64,000 nucleotides of DNA from Gemmatimonas sp. (GTDB taxonomy: Bacteria; Gemmatimonadota; Gemmatimonadetes; Gemmatimonadales; Gemmatimonadaceae): the NCBI GenBank assembly GCA_031414535.1, contig JANNVQ010000017.1, positions 25,450-89,449 of the forward strand. Direction: 5' to 3'. The notes beneath the pieces are model-generated. The model did no database searches and was not told the origin of the DNA. It was given only the letters and a program-made list of their open reading frames with translations. Below, piece by piece: positions 45,040 to 53,570 of this stretch. The number at the start of each line of letters is the position of its first letter. The first letter of the stretch is position 1. A program made the translations under genes and the position numbers.

Positions 45040-46812
45040 GTGTCCGATTTCACCGCCCAACTGCAAGCTTCACTCGCTCCGAGCTACACGCTCGAGCGGG
45101 AGCTGACGGGCGGAGGCATGAGCCGCGTGTTTGTGGCAACGGATACGGCGCTCGGTCGCAAGGTCGTGGTGAAGGTGTTGCCGCCCGAACTCGCGGCTGG
45201 TGTGAACCACGAGCGCTTTCGCCGCGAAATCCAGGTCGTGGCGCAGCTACAACATCCGCACATCGTGCCGCTGTTGAGCGCAGGCGAGCAGGGCGCGCTC
45301 ATCTGGTACACCATGCCGTACATCCACGGTGAGTCGCTGCGTGAGTTGCTCGCCACGGGCCAGGTCATTGCTGTGCGCGACGTGCTACGCATTATGCGCG
45401 AGGTTGCCGAAGCGCTCGACTACGCTCACGGGCTCGGCGTGATTCATCGCGACATCAAGCCTGGCAATGTGCTCATGCAGGGCGCTCACGCCCTCGTCAC
45501 GGACTTTGGCGTGAGCAAGGCCATTTCTGCCGCGATGCCGCAGAGCGGCTACACCAGCGCCGGCATGGCAATCGGCACGCCGGCGTACATGGCGCCGGAG
45601 CAGATTGCCGCCGACCCTGCGGCTGATCATCGCATGGATCTGTACGCGCTGGGCTTGCTCGCCTACGAATTGCTCACGGGCAAGGTGCCGTTTAAGGAGG
45701 CCTCGCCGCAGCAGACGATGGCCGCGCAACTCACGCGTGAGCCTGAGCCGGTGGAAAAGTCGCGCGCCGACGTGCCGCTCGCCCTGCGTGCCTTGATTGC
45801 GCGCCTGCTGCAGAAGATTCCCTCTGATCGGCCGTCGAGTGCGGCCGAAGTCGTGGACGCGCTGGACGCGATGTCTTCCAGCTCGGGCGAGACACTGGCC
45901 ATGCATGCGATGTCGGCGCCGTCCAAGGGGCGCATCATGGCCGTCGCGGCCGCCGGCATCCTGATGGTGACTGCGGCCTGGTTGATGGGACAGCGTCGCG
46001 GCGAAGAGGTCGTATTTACGCAGATGCGTGATTCGCTGGCGGCGGCGGAGTCCCTGCAGGCGCTCGCGCCAGCGACGGCGATGCTCACGCGCGAGGATTC
46101 GGTCGCCATTGCCAAAGCGGTGTCGGACCGGATATCGCGGCGTCCCGCCACCCCGGCCGCGGCGCCCAGTGATGCCGCCGCGCTCGCGATGATGGCCGAT
46201 TCCATTCGTCGGCAGATTCAACGCACGGTGATGGATTCCATGATGCGCCACGTGACAATCGTCGCCGGAGCGGCGCAGCAGGCCCCAGCGCTATCCGTCG
46301 AAGCAGAGCGTCAGGCCCAGATAGCCTCGCGCACGGCTCCACTGCCTCCGCGTGGGCCGCGGCGCGTCGTCATCGCCTTGCCGCGCCCCTCGCGCTCCCG
46401 CCCCGATCTCAATGCGGCGGCCCTTCAGATTGCCGATTCACTCCAGCAGGCCTTCGACGACCACCCGCGCTATGTAGCGGTGCCCCGGGACTCCGTGGTC
46501 GCGGTGCTCGCGCGCACGCGCACCGTGGATGCGGTGCGCGAGCAATTGAACGCAGATGTGATTGTGTCCATCTCGCTGGTCCCCATGCAGGCGGACTCAG
46601 TGATGCGTCTCGTAAGCCTTCGCGACCTCAAGCTGCCCGGCGGTGGCACGGCCGTGCGCGTGGTGAACACGCCCCTCCCGGCTCACGCGCAGTCTTCGCG
46701 ACTTGAAGGCTTGGTGCACGAGTCATTCCGCGCGTTGTTTGATATGGAGCGCATCGCTCGCGAGCAACAGCGCACGCAAACCCCGCGGCCAGCTCGGCCG
46801 CTTCTGCCGTAA
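45040..46812 (+). CDS. Membrane-anchored Hanks-type Ser/Thr kinase
   Basis: GGGMSRVF, VVVK, HRDIKPGN, DFG, GTPAYMAPE, TM IMAVAAAGILMVTAAWLM and a C-terminal alpha/beta domain. Confidence 0.93.
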   Translation: MSDFTAQLQASLAPSYTLERELTGGGMSRVFVATDTALGRKVVVKVLPPELAAGVNHERFRREIQVVAQLQHPHIVPLLSAGEQGALIWYTMPYIHGESLRELLATGQVIAVRDVLRIMREVAEALDYAHGLGVIHRDIKPGNVLMQGAHALVTDFGVSKAISAAMPQSGYTSAGMAIGTPAYMAPEQIAADPAADHRMDLYALGLLAYELLTGKVPFKEASPQQTMAAQLTREPEPVEKSRADVPLALRALIARLLQKIPSDRPSSAAEVVDALDAMSSSSGETLAMHAMSAPSKGRIMAVAAAGILMVTAAWLMGQRRGEEVVFTQMRDSLAAAESLQALAPATAMLTREDSVAIAKAVSDRISRRPATPAAAPSDAAALAMMADSIRRQIQRTVMDSMMRHVTIVAGAAQQAPALSVEAERQAQIASRTAPLPPRGPRRVVIALPRPSRSRPDLNAAALQIADSLQQAFDDHPRYVAVPRDSVVAVLARTRTVDAVREQLNADVIVSISLVPMQADSVMRLVSLRDLKLPGGGTAVRVVNTPLPAHAQSSRLEGLVHESFRALFDMERIAREQQRTQTPRPARPLLP

Positions 46813-48192
46813 TCAGCGCAGGATTGACCGCGCGTCCGCGGGCAGCTGGGCGGCCAGGCGCTCGACGGGCACGGCGTAGACGATGCGGCCGCCACTCTCC
46901 GTGGCGCCTCCGTAGATCACGCCAACTACAATCCCGCGGGCATCAAACACGGGCGATCCGCTGGAGCCCTGCGCCGCAAAGGCATCCAACTGCAGCGTGC
47001 CATCCACGCGCTTGCTCACGGTGCCCACGCTAAGCGTGGCGGAGGGTCGAAGCGTGTTGATGCTGCCGTTCATGCCCGCCGTCCCAGTGCCAAGTGGGTA
47101 CCCGAGAATCGCCACCGCTGCCCCAGTCGTCGCGTATGCTCCCGTGCGATCGACGCCCACGACCACGGGATAGGTGCCCGGCGAGGTGATGCGGAGAAAC
47201 GCCAGTTCGTCTGTCTCGCTCACGACTTCGATTGATGCACGCTTCCACTCGCCGCTGGTGCTGTCGAATGCCACCCCGATGCGCTGCGCACGCGTGCCAT
47301 TGGGCTGCTGCACCACGTGTCGATTGGTGACGATGAGTCCGCTCGGCAGGACGTTGAAGCCGGTACCCGTCATTCTTGACGAATCCGGAAACTCCACAAT
47401 CAAGAACGCAATCGCCTTCTGGTTGGCCTTCGCGATGGATTGATAGTCCATCCCTGCGAGGGCCGTCGTGCGGACCTGCGCATCTCGCACGCGTGCGGCG
47501 GCGGCGGACACATCGCCGCCACGCTCCTGCTGCGTGCGAAGCTCGCGGGCCAGACGCTCGTTTTCGGCTCGTGCGGCCGACAGCGAAGCATCGGCGATGT
47601 TCGTGCCGCTCAAGCGAGATTCCAGCGTGCGCGAGAGGGAATCGTTCGCGGCAATGAGCGAGGCCAGCTGGGCGCGAGTCTCCTCGGCGCTCTTGCGCGT
47701 GATCCAGACCGCAACGAGGGCACCGATGATCACGACGCCCGCGAGTCCAAGCACGAGGCGCTTGAGCGCGCCCGTCTGCTTTTCCACGGCCATCGCGATA
47801 CGCACTTCCGTGTTGGGCTTCTTGACCGCACTCGAAGGCCGCTGCATCGTGGCCTTCACTCCCGGCGAAGGCGCCGACGACTCGTTGACGATGTGGAACT
47901 CAACCTGCGGCCCGTCGTCACCGAAGGTGATGACGTCGCCGTCAAAGAGCGCCCGTTCACCGTCAACGTGCTGGCCGTTTACAAACGTGCCGTTCGTGGA
48001 GCCAAGGTCCACGAGCATGTGACGCTCACCGACGATGCGCAACTCGGCGTGCCGCGACGACACGTCCAAGTCGCGCTCTGCATCAAAGCGCAGGTCGTTG
48101 ATGGGGTGTCGCCCAATGGCGATGATGGACTTCTCAAAGCGCTCACGGGCACCCGCGCGGGCTCCCCTAGTGATGCGGAATTCGACGGCCAT
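46813..48192 (-). CDS. FHA domain - TM - coiled coil - trypsin-like (S1) serine protease
   Basis: FHA: IGRH..VSSRHA..STNGT. TM LVLGLAGVVIIGALVAVWI. Protease: TGTGF, VTNRHVV, DELAFL, GYPLG, QGSSGSPV. Confidence 0.88.
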   Translation of the reverse strand: MAVEFRITRGARAGARERFEKSIIAIGRHPINDLRFDAERDLDVSSRHAELRIVGERHMLVDLGSTNGTFVNGQHVDGERALFDGDVITFGDDGPQVEFHIVNESSAPSPGVKATMQRPSSAVKKPNTEVRIAMAVEKQTGALKRLVLGLAGVVIIGALVAVWITRKSAEETRAQLASLIAANDSLSRTLESRLSGTNIADASLSAARAENERLARELRTQQERGGDVSAAAARVRDAQVRTTALAGMDYQSIAKANQKAIAFLIVEFPDSSRMTGTGFNVLPSGLIVTNRHVVQQPNGTRAQRIGVAFDSTSGEWKRASIEVVSETDELAFLRITSPGTYPVVVGVDRTGAYATTGAAVAILGYPLGTGTAGMNGSINTLRPSATLSVGTVSKRVDGTLQLDAFAAQGSSGSPVFDARGIVVGVIYGGATESGGRIVYAVPVERLAAQLPADARSILR

Positions 48193-49370
48193 CAGCCGCG
48201 GCGTGTCCACACGAAAATGGCAACGATCGCAACGAGGACTGCCAGGGCGCCGAAGTAGACGCGAAGTGTGCTCGCCGGAATGCGACCGCCCGGCGGCGGC
48301 GGCTCAGGCAATTTGGCGCGCACGGACGGTGCGATCTCCACCGTGGGGCCGTCCCCAGCCTTGCCAACAATCATCTTCTCCGGCTGCACCGCGGGAGTCT
48401 CGAGCGTCGGAATCCCGTTCTGCTCGTCCACGATGGCGCTCAGCTGTGGAATCGAACTGCGGTCAAGCGGAACAGTTGGCCGCTCGGACGAGCCACGATA
48501 CACGCGGTGCGCGAGTGTCTCCGCACCCGCCGCGGCGAGACCTTCACCCTCGAAGCGCGCGGCGACCACGGTGATGTTGTCTGGACCACCGGCTTCGTTG
48601 GCGAGGTCAATGAGGCGCTTGCAGACGTTGACCAAATCCGACTCGGTGCGCACGACGTCCGCAATCTCGTTGGTGCGAACCTGGCCCGAGAGTCCATCGG
48701 AGCAGAGAATGAGCACGTCCCCACGCATGACCTGCTGGGAGGTGAGGTCCACCTTGATCTTTGGCTCGGGCCCCAAGGCCTGCAGGATGATGTTGCGGCG
48801 CTCGCTCACCTCGGCTTCCTCGGGCGTCATTTCGCCGGCCTCAATCAGCTTCTGCATCAAGGACTGGTCCTTGGTAATCTGGATGGCGTGCCCGTCGCGC
48901 ACGATGTAGCCGCGCGAGTCACCCACCTGGCAGAGGAAGAGCGTGTCGCCGAGCAGGCCGGCGATGGTGGCCGTCGTGCCCATGCCACGATTCTCGGGGT
49001 GCGTAGCAGCGTAGCCGTGAATCTTGGAGTTCGCGGTCTCGGTCGAGGCCTTGAGCGCGCGCGCGAAGGTCTCGGCGTCCGCAGATCGTGAAGTGCTCCA
49101 GCGCGTCTTCATCTCGCCGAGGATGGTCTCGACCGCCATGGAGCTGGCCACTTCGCCTGCTGCCGCGCCGCCCATCCCGTCGGCCACCATGAAGAAAGAT
49201 CCGCGCTCGCCACAGGTGTGCGTGCGGACTTCCGGCTGCAGTGACGCGTTGAACGTGGTCAGGTCTGCGACCGCGAAGGTGTCCTCATTGTGCTCGCGCG
49301 TGCGACCGACGTCCGTGCGTCCGAAGACGTGGACAATGACAGTGCCGTGGGGATTAGGAGTACCCGTCAC
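48192..49370 (-). CDS. PP2C/Stp1-family Ser/Thr phosphatase with C-terminal TM
   Basis: TDVGRTREHNED, VADGMGG, MGTT, VGDSR, RNIILQALG, CSDGL, GGPDNIT and a C-terminal TM. Confidence 0.93.
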   Translation of the reverse strand: MTGTPNPHGTVIVHVFGRTDVGRTREHNEDTFAVADLTTFNASLQPEVRTHTCGERGSFFMVADGMGGAAAGEVASSMAVETILGEMKTRWSTSRSADAETFARALKASTETANSKIHGYAATHPENRGMGTTATIAGLLGDTLFLCQVGDSRGYIVRDGHAIQITKDQSLMQKLIEAGEMTPEEAEVSERRNIILQALGPEPKIKVDLTSQQVMRGDVLILCSDGLSGQVRTNEIADVVRTESDLVNVCKRLIDLANEAGGPDNITVVAARFEGEGLAAAGAETLAHRVYRGSSERPTVPLDRSSIPQLSAIVDEQNGIPTLETPAVQPEKMIVGKAGDGPTVEIAPSVRAKLPEPPPPGGRIPASTLRVYFGALAVLVAIVAIFVWTRRG

Positions 49371-49467
49371 GAGAGCGGTGCGAAAAGTGAAGGAAGACTG
49401 CGTGCGGAGACGATAAGCCTACGACGGCCCGCCCGCGAGGGTTGTGTCAAAGAGAGTGTGATGCGCA

Positions 49468-51276
49468 TCACTGGCAGTACTGCTTGGCAAAGTCGTCGCC
49501 GAACGTGCCCTTGGGGTGGCCTGCCGGGAAGGCTTGAGCCGTTGCACGGGCCGCCGGGCACCCACGTTCGGTGTCTTCGAGCACGAGGTAGGCCAGCAAC
49601 TGTGTGAAATGCCACTCACCAAGATCGACGCCGCTGAGCCCGGTTCGCATGGCGGCCGACTCCCGGAGGACACGCGTCGCATCGGCTGCGGTGACCGCAT
49701 CGAGCTGAAGCTCGCGCTGCATGGCCGTCAGCCTCGTGCGAGCCGTGGACGAGGAGGGTGTAGAGGCGGGCGTCGTTGCGGGCGTTGTAGCCGGCACGTT
49801 TGTCGCAGGAGTCGTCGCCGCAGGTTGCGGCGTCGTCGGCTGGGATGTGTTCCCGGTCGGACGCGGTTGTGTGCCCGCCGGCTGATTCGCGGTTTGATTC
49901 CCCGCCGGACGAGGCGCGGTCCCCGGACTGGTTGTCGGCATTTGCGCTGACGAGCCGTCATTCGGCAAGGGGCGCTGGTAGGTCTGAGAGTTGGCGCTGG
50001 TATCGTTGCTCGCTACACCGGAGAGCTGCGTCACCGAGGAGTCCGCCGGCGGGGTCTCCGCTCCCTTGCCATTCATCTGCTGGTAGCCGAAGAATCCAAT
50101 CACGGCCGCGGCCGCGAGGCCGCCGACGAGCGGCACCATCGAAGACTTCTTGGCTGGCGTGTCGACGGCTGCTGCCGATCCCTTTGCAGGAGACGCGGGG
50201 CGTCCCGCACCGCCAGCCACGCGCGTCGCGGGCGGCGCCGCAACCTGCGCAGTCTTCGCGGTGTTCGCGGTGACCTTAGCGGCGCCAATCACCATCGTGG
50301 CGCCTTCGGAGGCGCTGGCTGGCATTTCTTGCGTGGCGGCAGCGAAGTCACGCCCAAACTGCGCCGCGCTCTTGTAGCGCTCTTCCGCGTCGCGGGCGAG
50401 CGCCCGATCCATCACGGACTGCAACTGCTCCGGCCACTCGACTTCAGGACGAATCTCCGCCAGCGTGCGCGGCCGATCCGTGAGGCGCATGATCATCGCC
50501 TCCTGCGCCGTCTCGCTCGGGAAGGGCAACTTGCCCGTCAGGCAATTGAAGGCCACCAAGCCCAACGAATAGATGTCGCTGCGGCCATCGAGTTTGTCGC
50601 CGGCCAGCTGCTCTGGGCTCATGTACTCCGGTGTGCCAACCACGAGGCCCGTCTTGGTCACCTTCTGCGCGTCACTCGAACTGGCCTTGGCGATCCCGAA
50701 GTCCACCACCTTTACAAGATCCGAGCCATCACGGCTCTTGGCGACCATGATGTTGTCGGGCTTCAGATCGCGATGCACGATGCCGGCATCGTGAGCGAGC
50801 TGCAGGGCATCGCCGGTCTGGTGCACGATGCTGCCCGCGCGCCGCGGCGCCATCGGGCCGCCCTTCTCGATGATGTCTGCGAGCGCCTGGCCCTCGATGA
50901 ACTCCATCGCGAGGTAGATCAGGCCATCCGGCGTCTCGCCAAAGTCATAGATGCCGCAGATGTTCGGATGCGAGAGCCGCGATGCATTGGACGCTTCGCG
51001 GTTGAAGCGCGCAATCGCGTCCGGATCGGAGTTCATGCCCGGGTGCATCACCTTGAGCGCGCTCTTGCGACCCATCTTCACGTGCTCGGCGAGATACACG
51101 GCGCCCATGCCGCCCTCGCCCAACTTCTTGATAATGTGGTAGCGATCCGCCACGATGGTGCCGAGGAGGTCACCCTGACCGGCCGCCGAGCGAAGTGCCG
51201 TCCCGTCGCGCGGACAGAAGCGTTCGCTCAGTGGATACTCAGTGCCGCAGGTGGGACAGACTTTCTGGTCGCTCAC
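49468..51276 (-). CDS. Hanks-type Ser/Thr kinase with N-terminal Zn ribbon, TM and Pro/Thr-rich extracytoplasmic tail
   Basis: CPTC..CPRD, GEGGMG, ALK, HRDLKPDN, DFG, GTPEYMSPE, TM LVGGLAAAAVIGFFGY. Confidence 0.93.
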   Translation of the reverse strand: MSDQKVCPTCGTEYPLSERFCPRDGTALRSAAGQGDLLGTIVADRYHIIKKLGEGGMGAVYLAEHVKMGRKSALKVMHPGMNSDPDAIARFNREASNASRLSHPNICGIYDFGETPDGLIYLAMEFIEGQALADIIEKGGPMAPRRAGSIVHQTGDALQLAHDAGIVHRDLKPDNIMVAKSRDGSDLVKVVDFGIAKASSSDAQKVTKTGLVVGTPEYMSPEQLAGDKLDGRSDIYSLGLVAFNCLTGKLPFPSETAQEAMIMRLTDRPRTLAEIRPEVEWPEQLQSVMDRALARDAEERYKSAAQFGRDFAAATQEMPASASEGATMVIGAAKVTANTAKTAQVAAPPATRVAGGAGRPASPAKGSAAAVDTPAKKSSMVPLVGGLAAAAVIGFFGYQQMNGKGAETPPADSSVTQLSGVASNDTSANSQTYQRPLPNDGSSAQMPTTSPGTAPRPAGNQTANQPAGTQPRPTGNTSQPTTPQPAATTPATNVPATTPATTPASTPSSSTARTRLTAMQRELQLDAVTAADATRVLRESAAMRTGLSGVDLGEWHFTQLLAYLVLEDTERGCPAARATAQAFPAGHPKGTFGDDFAKQYCQ

Positions 51277-52370
51277 AAGCTCTCCACACGGAGGGTCTGG
51301 TCGCCCAGCAGGATGCGCTGGCCGGCCTTCACGGGACGTTCACCGCGCACCGCAACCGCGATGCCGTTGCGGCTTCCGAGATCGAGAACAATAAACTCGA
51401 GGTCTTCGCTGCGAATCTCGGCGTGCCGTCCACTCATGGTCTGATCATAGGGAAACAGCCAGTCGCCCTCGCTGCGGCCCACGACCACCGAACGAGCGGG
51501 TGAGAGGTGGCAGGAGTCGCGAGCCGAGCCGTCCGCCCGCAACTGCTGCAACACGGCGACGTCGGCGCTTGGTACCGCAGACCCGAGTCGCCGCGTGGCG
51601 TCGGCTTCGGGCGGATTGGGGCCTGGATAGCCAAGCCGCCTGAAGCGAATGATCTGCGAGCCCACGAGGATGGAATCACCGTCCTGGAGCTTGTACGGCT
51701 CCGTGGCGTAGAGCCAGGTGCCATTGCGTGAGCCAAGGTCGCGCAAAAAGAGCTGCCCGTCGCGGAACGAAAGCTGCGCATGCACGGGGCTCATATAGAC
51801 GTCGTCGCCGAAGCGCAGATCCCCGTCAGCACGGCCAATGGTGGATTCGGCCGCGTCCATGGTGACCGTGCGCGAGACCTGTCCGGCGCTGTCGAGCACC
51901 GCAATCTTTGGCCCGCTGACCGCATTCCGCGCGGAAAACACCGCGGTGCCCAAGGGCGGCGTCGTTGCGGCTGGCGGTTCACTGGAGGAGGTCACGCGCG
52001 CGCCGCAGCGTGCGCAGAAGACGTCTACGCCCGGGGCCACCGGGTTGCTGCACGACGCGCAGACCGCGGCGGTCTTCGGCGGCCCGTTCTCCGTCGCGAC
52101 GCGCGCACCGCACTTGGGGCAGAACGGGAGCGAGGGGTCAATGTGCGTCTGGCAGTAGCGGCAGGGCGTCTTCACTGGAGCCGTCGAAGCGACTTTGGCG
52201 GACACTCGTGTATTCGGCACGCCGAAGCCTCCGCCTTCGCCCGTCTGCGCCGCGGCGGGCACGGGTATGATGCGCGCCCCGCTCGCCACGACGGGCTTGC
52301 CGCAGTCGAGGCAGAACTTGGATGCGGGGTCATTATCTCGGCCACAAAACGTGCAACGAATCACATTCAC
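51273..52370 (-). CDS. Triple double-zinc-ribbon, tandem FHA-domain protein
   Basis: Six CxxC motifs (CTFC/CLDC, CRYC/CPKC, CASC/CARC) and two FHA domains (IGR..MSPVHA..SRNGT, VGR..MSGRHA..SRNGI). Start GTG 52370 or 52364. Confidence 0.87.
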   Translation of the reverse strand: MNVIRCTFCGRDNDPASKFCLDCGKPVVASGARIIPVPAAAQTGEGGGFGVPNTRVSAKVASTAPVKTPCRYCQTHIDPSLPFCPKCGARVATENGPPKTAAVCASCSNPVAPGVDVFCARCGARVTSSSEPPAATTPPLGTAVFSARNAVSGPKIAVLDSAGQVSRTVTMDAAESTIGRADGDLRFGDDVYMSPVHAQLSFRDGQLFLRDLGSRNGTWLYATEPYKLQDGDSILVGSQIIRFRRLGYPGPNPPEADATRRLGSAVPSADVAVLQQLRADGSARDSCHLSPARSVVVGRSEGDWLFPYDQTMSGRHAEIRSEDLEFIVLDLGSRNGIAVAVRGERPVKAGQRILLGDQTLRVESL

Positions 52371-52440
52371 GGGGCAAAAGGGGACCGCGTGGCGAATATA
52401 CGGAGTGGGCGCAGAGGAGGCGAGGGTACTACGATATCTT

Positions 52441-52968
52441 ATGGAATCTCGAGAACCAGTCCACGCGCCCGGTGTCGGCAAATCTCCCGTTGTTCCGCCC
52501 TCAGCGTGGATTCATCCATCGGCTACGGTGCTAGGAGAGGCGACGTTGGGCGCTGACGTGAGCGTGTGGCCGGGCGCGGTGATTCGCGCTGACCGCGACA
52601 GCGTCAGCATCGGCGCCGAGACCAATGTACAGGATGGCGCGGTGCTTCACTGCGACCCGGGGTTCCCGCTGCGCATCGGCGCGCGGGTGACGATCGGGCA
52701 TCGCGCCGTGGTGCACGGTTGCACGATTGAGGATGGAGCGCTCATCGGCATTGGCGCCATTGTTCTCAATGGCGCGATCGTTGGCGCGGGCGCTCTGATC
52801 GCTGCCGGTGCCGTCGTGGGCGAAGCGCAGGTGATTCCGCCCCATTCGCTGGTGGTAGGCGTGCCGGCGAAGGTGCTGCGGCCCCTGAGCGATGAGCAGC
52901 GCGAGCGCGTGCGGCGCGGGTACCTCACGTACGTGGGCCTGAAGGAGCTGTATCGCGCACGAGAGTGA
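52441..52968 (+). CDS. Gamma carbonic anhydrase family (hexapeptide-repeat) protein
   Basis: VWPGAVIRAD, TNVQDGAVLH, TIGHRAVVHGCTI, GVPAKVLR. Confidence 0.92.
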   Translation: MESREPVHAPGVGKSPVVPPSAWIHPSATVLGEATLGADVSVWPGAVIRADRDSVSIGAETNVQDGAVLHCDPGFPLRIGARVTIGHRAVVHGCTIEDGALIGIGAIVLNGAIVGAGALIAAGAVVGEAQVIPPHSLVVGVPAKVLRPLSDEQRERVRRGYLTYVGLKELYRARE

Positions 52969-52976
52969 ATACCGCA

Positions 52977-53102
52977 TTCACCACGAAGGCACGAAGGGTC
53001 TCTTTCGAGTCTGTCGTTTATCGCGCTCCCTAAAGTCTATGACCCTTGGGGGGAGCGCTGATGTTAGCTCTCGCGCAGAGCCCTCCGTGCCTTCGTGGTG
53101 AA
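52977..53102. repeat. REP-like long palindromic element (copy 2)
   Basis: TTCACCACGAAGGCACGAAGGG and CCCTCCGTGCCTTCGTGGTGAA are 21/22 complementary. Inner stem GCGCTCCC (53023-53030) / GGGAGCGC (53051-53058). Confidence 0.8.
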
Positions 53103-53269
53103 CCTGTCGGCCAGAGTGTTACGAGCGAAGGCGTGACGTCTCGCCGCGTGGCGCCGTCGCATTAGTGACTGCGAGCAAAAAACAAGGGACTAGCGGTGTG
53201 AAAAGGTCTGGGGTACGTTGACCTCCCTTCACGAACGGCCCCCGAATCGTCGTGTGGGAACAAATATTC

Positions 53270-53294
53270 TAAGTAGTTGATTTATAAGGTGTTA
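53270..53294. promoter_or_regulatory. IHF-consensus-like AT-rich site upstream of nrdJ
   Basis: TAAGTAGTTGATT matches YAANNNNTTGATW. A related 25-mer lies at 53415-53439. Confidence 0.45.
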
Positions 53295-53570
53295 GCTGCT
53301 TGGAATGATCGCCGGTGAAGTGTCGCTACGCTGTCGTAGGACTCGTGGTACAAAGGCCACCGACAGTAGCGTGGAAAAGCTTACCCTCGTGACCATTTCG
53401 TGATGCCAGTCGTATAAGTCCTTATCCTCTCAGAGGTTACAATCTGCTTGCGCGGTTTCTCGTGCGAGCTAGCTTGGACCCCTCTCGATCCCCTGAGCCG
53501 GACAGTCCCTCAATGGGCATTGCCGGATTCACTCAGGTTTGGCCCAATACCCTTCGTTGGAGAAGTACCG

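Noticed and set aside
52969..53570. Cobalamin riboswitch, SRP/6S RNA or NrdR boxes upstream of nrdJ
   Set aside because: No B12 box, SRP GGAA-loop motif or convincing NrdR palindrome seen by eye. An Infernal search would be needed to exclude them fully.
53448..53570. ORF-track N-terminal extensions (nrdJ 53448, purA 1915, caspase 4829, corA 29561, kinase 30681, GH3 43438, gamma-CA 52195, PP2C 58592)
   Set aside because: The extensions overlap neighbours or regulatory DNA and lack family-like sequence. Downstream starts are better supported by RBS, stop overlap, TANNNT spacing or the start of family-like sequence.
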